Shown: piece after piece, positions 60,842-64,000 of the stretch
Numbering within the stretch: position 1 is the stretch's first letter
Layout of the letters: each line of letters starts with the position of its first letter
Assembly: GCA_963591655.1 (NCBI GenBank)
Contig: CAVATZ010000001.1
Location: 15,583 to 79,582 of the forward strand
Source of the DNA: Clostridiales bacterium
GTDB lineage: Bacteria > Bacillota > Clostridia > Lachnospirales > Lachnospiraceae
Length of the DNA: 64,000 nucleotides
Reading direction: 5' to 3'
Position numbers and translations under genes: made by a program
Notes under the pieces: model-generated
Told to the model about the DNA's origin: nothing
The model's input: the letters and a program-made list of their open reading frames with translations, nothing else
Database searches by the model: none

Positions 60842-61486
60842 TTAATCTTTCTTTTTCCCAAACTTATTTTCTGTTCCGTGCAACAGACGCTGAATATTGC
60901 TTCTGTGCTGATAAATGCACAGAACCGCCATCAAAAAGGACAGGACGCAGCAGCTCAGGTATGTATTCGTCGTCACCGGCAGGTATCCGCTTCTGCCGAG
61001 CAGAAGAATCAGCAGGAAGAAGCAGCTCTCTCCAATCATAGAGCCCAGACTCACATAACCGGTCACCAGCACAATCAGAATCAGCAGGAGCAATAAGACG
61101 ATCGCCACCCGCCAGTCGAACATAATGATCAAGGCACCGGTGCAGGCCACTCCCTTGCCGCCTCTGAGGTGCGGCAGAAAGGTAAAGGTATGTCCGAGAA
61201 TGGCACCAAAGCCGGTATACATCACCAGCAGCGTGGTGATCTCCTGCCCCGGCTTCCACAGAAGATGGAGCAGAAGCACCGGCACCACCGTCTTGGCAAT
61301 GTCCATCAAGAGCACCGTGAACCCTGCCTTTTTCCCGAGCGCCCGGGTTACATTGGTGCTGCCGGGATTGCCGGAGCCCACCTTAAAAATGTCCACGCCC
61401 TTGGCTCTGGCATAAAGATAGCCGTTGGGGATGTTTCCGAAAAGATAGCCCACCACCAGGGCAATCACAATCTGCTGTATGCTCAT
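60842..61486 (-). CDS. plsY: Glycerol-3-phosphate acyltransferase
   Basis: GSGNPGSTN, GH, GGKGVA, H.SNI.RL..GTE. Confidence 0.96.
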   Translation of the reverse strand: MSIQQIVIALVVGYLFGNIPNGYLYARAKGVDIFKVGSGNPGSTNVTRALGKKAGFTVLLMDIAKTVVPVLLLHLLWKPGQEITTLLVMYTGFGAILGHTFTFLPHLRGGKGVACTGALIIMFDWRVAIVLLLLLILIVLVTGYVSLGSMIGESCFFLLILLLGRSGYLPVTTNTYLSCCVLSFLMAVLCIYQHRSNIQRLLHGTENKFGKKKD

Positions 61487-62811
61487 ATCTTCTCCTCGCC
61501 TCTCTCACGAATGATGAAGCGAAGGGGCGTACCCACGAAGCCGAAGGCCTCCCGCACCTGATTTTCAATGTATCTGGTATAGGAGAAGTGCATCAGCTCC
61601 CGGTCATTCACAAAAATCACGAAGGTGGGCGGCTCCACACCGATCTGGGTCATGTAGAACAGCTTCAGACGTTTGCCCTTATCGGAGGGCGGCTGCTTCA
61701 TGGCCGTTGCCCGGGTCATGATCTCGTTCAGAACACCGGTCTTGATGCGCAGTGTCTGGTTCTGACGCACCAGATCCACCAGATCAAAAATCTTGTTCAG
61801 ACGCTGTCCCGTCTCCGCGGAAATGAAAAGGAACTCCGCGTAGTCCATATAAGCGAACTTTTCCTTCAGCTTCAGGGTAAACTCCTGCATGGTCTTGTCG
61901 TTCTTCTCGATGGCATCCCACTTGTTCACGCAGATGATGACACCCTTACCGGACTCATGCGCAATGCCGGCGATTCTCGCATCACCGTCCGTCACACCCT
62001 GGGTCGCATCAATCAATACCAGGCAAATGTCGGCGCGATCCACAGCCGCAACGGTCCGAATGACAGAATACCGCTCGATATCGTCCGTGATCTTTCCCTT
62101 CCGGCGAATACCGGCCGTATCGATGAAGATGAAATGCTCGCCGTTGTGCACCAGCTCCGTGTCAATGGCATCTCTCGTGGTACCCGCAACATCAGACACA
62201 ATGACACGATTCTGTCCAAGCAGCTTGTTGATGACAGAGCTCTTTCCTACATTGGGCTTACCGATCAGCGCAATCTTGACATAATCATTGTCCGAAGCGT
62301 CTGCCAGTTCCTTGGGGAAATGCTTCACCACCTCATCCAGAAGGTCGCCGATGCCCATCTGGTTTACCGAAGAAACGCCGAAGGGATCCCCAAGACCCAG
62401 ATTATAGAACTCATAAATGTCATTTCCGAACTTCTGGAAGTTATCCACCTTGTTGACGCAGAGCACCACAGGCTTGCCGGACTTCCGCAGCATGTCTGCC
62501 ACTTCATAGTCCGCATCCACCACGCCGGTGCGCACATCCGTCACAAAAATGATGACATCTGCGGTATTGATGGCCAGCTCCGCCTGAGAGCGCATCTGCT
62601 GCAGGATGATGTCCCCCGACTCCGGCTCGATACCGCCGGTATCCACCAGCGTAAATTTATTGTTCAGCCACTCTCCCTCGGCATAGATACGGTCGCGGGT
62701 GACGCCCGGGGTATCCTTCACGATGGAGATCTGCTTACCTGCAATCAGGTTAAAAAGTGTGGACTTGCCTACATTGGGACGGCCCACCACTGCTACGATC
62801 ACTTTTCTCAT
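61483..62811 (-). CDS. der: Ribosome biogenesis GTPase Der/EngA
   Basis: Two G domains (GRPNVGKST, GKPNVGKSS) and a KH-like C terminus. Confidence 0.98.
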   Translation of the reverse strand: MRKVIVAVVGRPNVGKSTLFNLIAGKQISIVKDTPGVTRDRIYAEGEWLNNKFTLVDTGGIEPESGDIILQQMRSQAELAINTADVIIFVTDVRTGVVDADYEVADMLRKSGKPVVLCVNKVDNFQKFGNDIYEFYNLGLGDPFGVSSVNQMGIGDLLDEVVKHFPKELADASDNDYVKIALIGKPNVGKSSVINKLLGQNRVIVSDVAGTTRDAIDTELVHNGEHFIFIDTAGIRRKGKITDDIERYSVIRTVAAVDRADICLVLIDATQGVTDGDARIAGIAHESGKGVIICVNKWDAIEKNDKTMQEFTLKLKEKFAYMDYAEFLFISAETGQRLNKIFDLVDLVRQNQTLRIKTGVLNEIMTRATAMKQPPSDKGKRLKLFYMTQIGVEPPTFVIFVNDRELMHFSYTRYIENQVREAFGFVGTPLRFIIRERGEEKI

Positions 62812-62940
62812 CTTTTTCTCCGATTTCATTCAACAGCAACAGCTCTGATAGAAACAGGTTGAAGGGCTTCAGACCATTTCTCTCAGAACTCCTCTGTATG
62901 TTTTACCATAGATCTTTTGTTTAGGCAATGTTTGGATACA

Positions 62941-62972
62941 AAAGAGAGACGCGTTATGCACGCGTCCCTCTC
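62941..62972 (-). terminator. Terminator after PFOR
   Basis: gagagggacgcgt/acgcgtctctc stem followed by tttt on the minus strand. Confidence 0.75.
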
Positions 62973-63003
62973 ATAAGGCTTTCAGAATGAATCTGTACTC
63001 ATA

Positions 63004-64000
63004 TTACTTGTTGTACATATCAAGCAGCTTCTTCAGGTGCTCGTATCTCTCCTTAGCCTCTTCCTCATTCTTAGCATCCAGCTTAGCTGCACGCTCAGGG
63101 TTCTTCAGAGCAAGTGACAGGTAACGTACCTCGCCCTTCAGGAAGTCCTGATATCCTTCGTACTTCGGCTCCTTGGAATCCAGAGTGAACTTCTTGTCGC
63201 CGCCCAGCGGGTTGAAACGGAAGTTGTTCCAGTATCCGGACTCAACAGCCAGCTTCTCCTCGGTCATAGCCTTAGCCATGCCCTTCTTGATGCCGTGGTT
63301 GATACAAGGTGCGTAAGCGATGATCAGGGACGGTCCCGGATATGCCTCAGCCTCAGCAATAGCCTTCACAGTCTGCTGCATGTCAGCACCCATAGCGATA
63401 TGCGCTACATATACATAGCCATAGGACATTGCGATGCCTGCCAGATCCTTCTTCTTGGTCTCCTTACCGCCGGCTGCGAACTGTGCAACAGCACCGGTCG
63501 GTGTGGACTTGGAAGACTGTCCGCCTGTGTTGGAGTAAACCTCAGTATCGTAAACCATCACATTGATATCCTTGCCGGAAGCAAGTACATGATCCAGTCC
63601 GCCGAAACCGATATCATAAGCCCATCCGTCACCACCGAAGATCCACTGGCTCTTCTTAGCAAGGAAGTCCTTATTCTTTACCAGATCCTTGGAGATCTCG
63701 TCTGTCTTGCCTGCCAGAGCAGCCACCAGCTTCTCTGTAGCCACACCGTTGGTTGCACCAACTGTGAAGGTATCCAGATACTCCTGGCAAACATCCTTAA
63801 CAGATGCATCTGCCTCAGCCAGTCTCTCAACCTGCTTCTTCAGTCTGTCACGGATTGCATTCTGTGCAAGCAGCATACCATAACCGAACTCAGCGTTATC
63901 CTCGAAGAGAGAGTTATCCCATGCCGGGCCCTGTCCCTTGGCATTTACTGTGTACGGTGTGGACGGTGAAGAGTTACCCCAGATGGAAGAACATCCTGTT
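63004..64000 (-). CDS. nifJ: Pyruvate:ferredoxin (flavodoxin) oxidoreductase, C-terminal part; starts beyond the window
   Basis: TGCSSIWG, WDNSLFEDNAEFG, GGDGWAYDIGFGGLDHV, DTEVYSNTGGQ, APCINHG. Confidence 0.96.
   Translation of the reverse strand, partial: TGCSSIWGNSSPSTPYTVNAKGQGPAWDNSLFEDNAEFGYGMLLAQNAIRDRLKKQVERLAEADASVKDVCQEYLDTFTVGATNGVATEKLVAALAGKTDEISKDLVKNKDFLAKKSQWIFGGDGWAYDIGFGGLDHVLASGKDINVMVYDTEVYSNTGGQSSKSTPTGAVAQFAAGGKETKKKDLAGIAMSYGYVYVAHIAMGADMQQTVKAIAEAEAYPGPSLIIAYAPCINHGIKKGMAKAMTEEKLAVESGYWNNFRFNPLGGDKKFTLDSKEPKYEGYQDFLKGEVRYLSLALKNPERAAKLDAKNEEEAKERYEHLKKLLDMYNK

Overview
Mostly core chromosome of a moderately GC-rich anaerobic Firmicute. Gene content and order suggest Lachnospiraceae (inference). 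Most genes are on the minus strand. Housekeeping blocks: truA (partial), rpsB-tsf, topA, comM-dprA, dnaE-pfkA, murI-hprK-murB-rapZ-whiA-HPr-like, secG-rnr-smpB, alaS, rpsU-phoH-ybeY, a liv branched-chain amino acid ABC operon, der-plsY-gpsA and the 3' end of pyruvate:ferredoxin oxidoreductase. Accessory parts: an AT-richer, decaying toxin-antitoxin-like islet (DUF3791/DUF3990-like trio plus an internally deleted Phd-like antitoxin, ~1950-3200); a LysR/SDR/MFS unit; a mannose-class PTS with GH13 glucosidase, HAD phosphatase and a twin palindromic operator; and a 1073-aa orphan helical protein next to a small acidic YbjN/chaperone-like gene beside tRNA-Thr(CGT). Non-coding highlights: tRNA-Leu with the rare AAG anticodon, a ~160-nt multi-hairpin element next to it, a dispersed 34-bp REP-like hairpin, and inverted repeats over both tRNA promoters. 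No CRISPR array, rRNA, integrase or transposase was seen. All family assignments are motif recognition by eye, not database searches.
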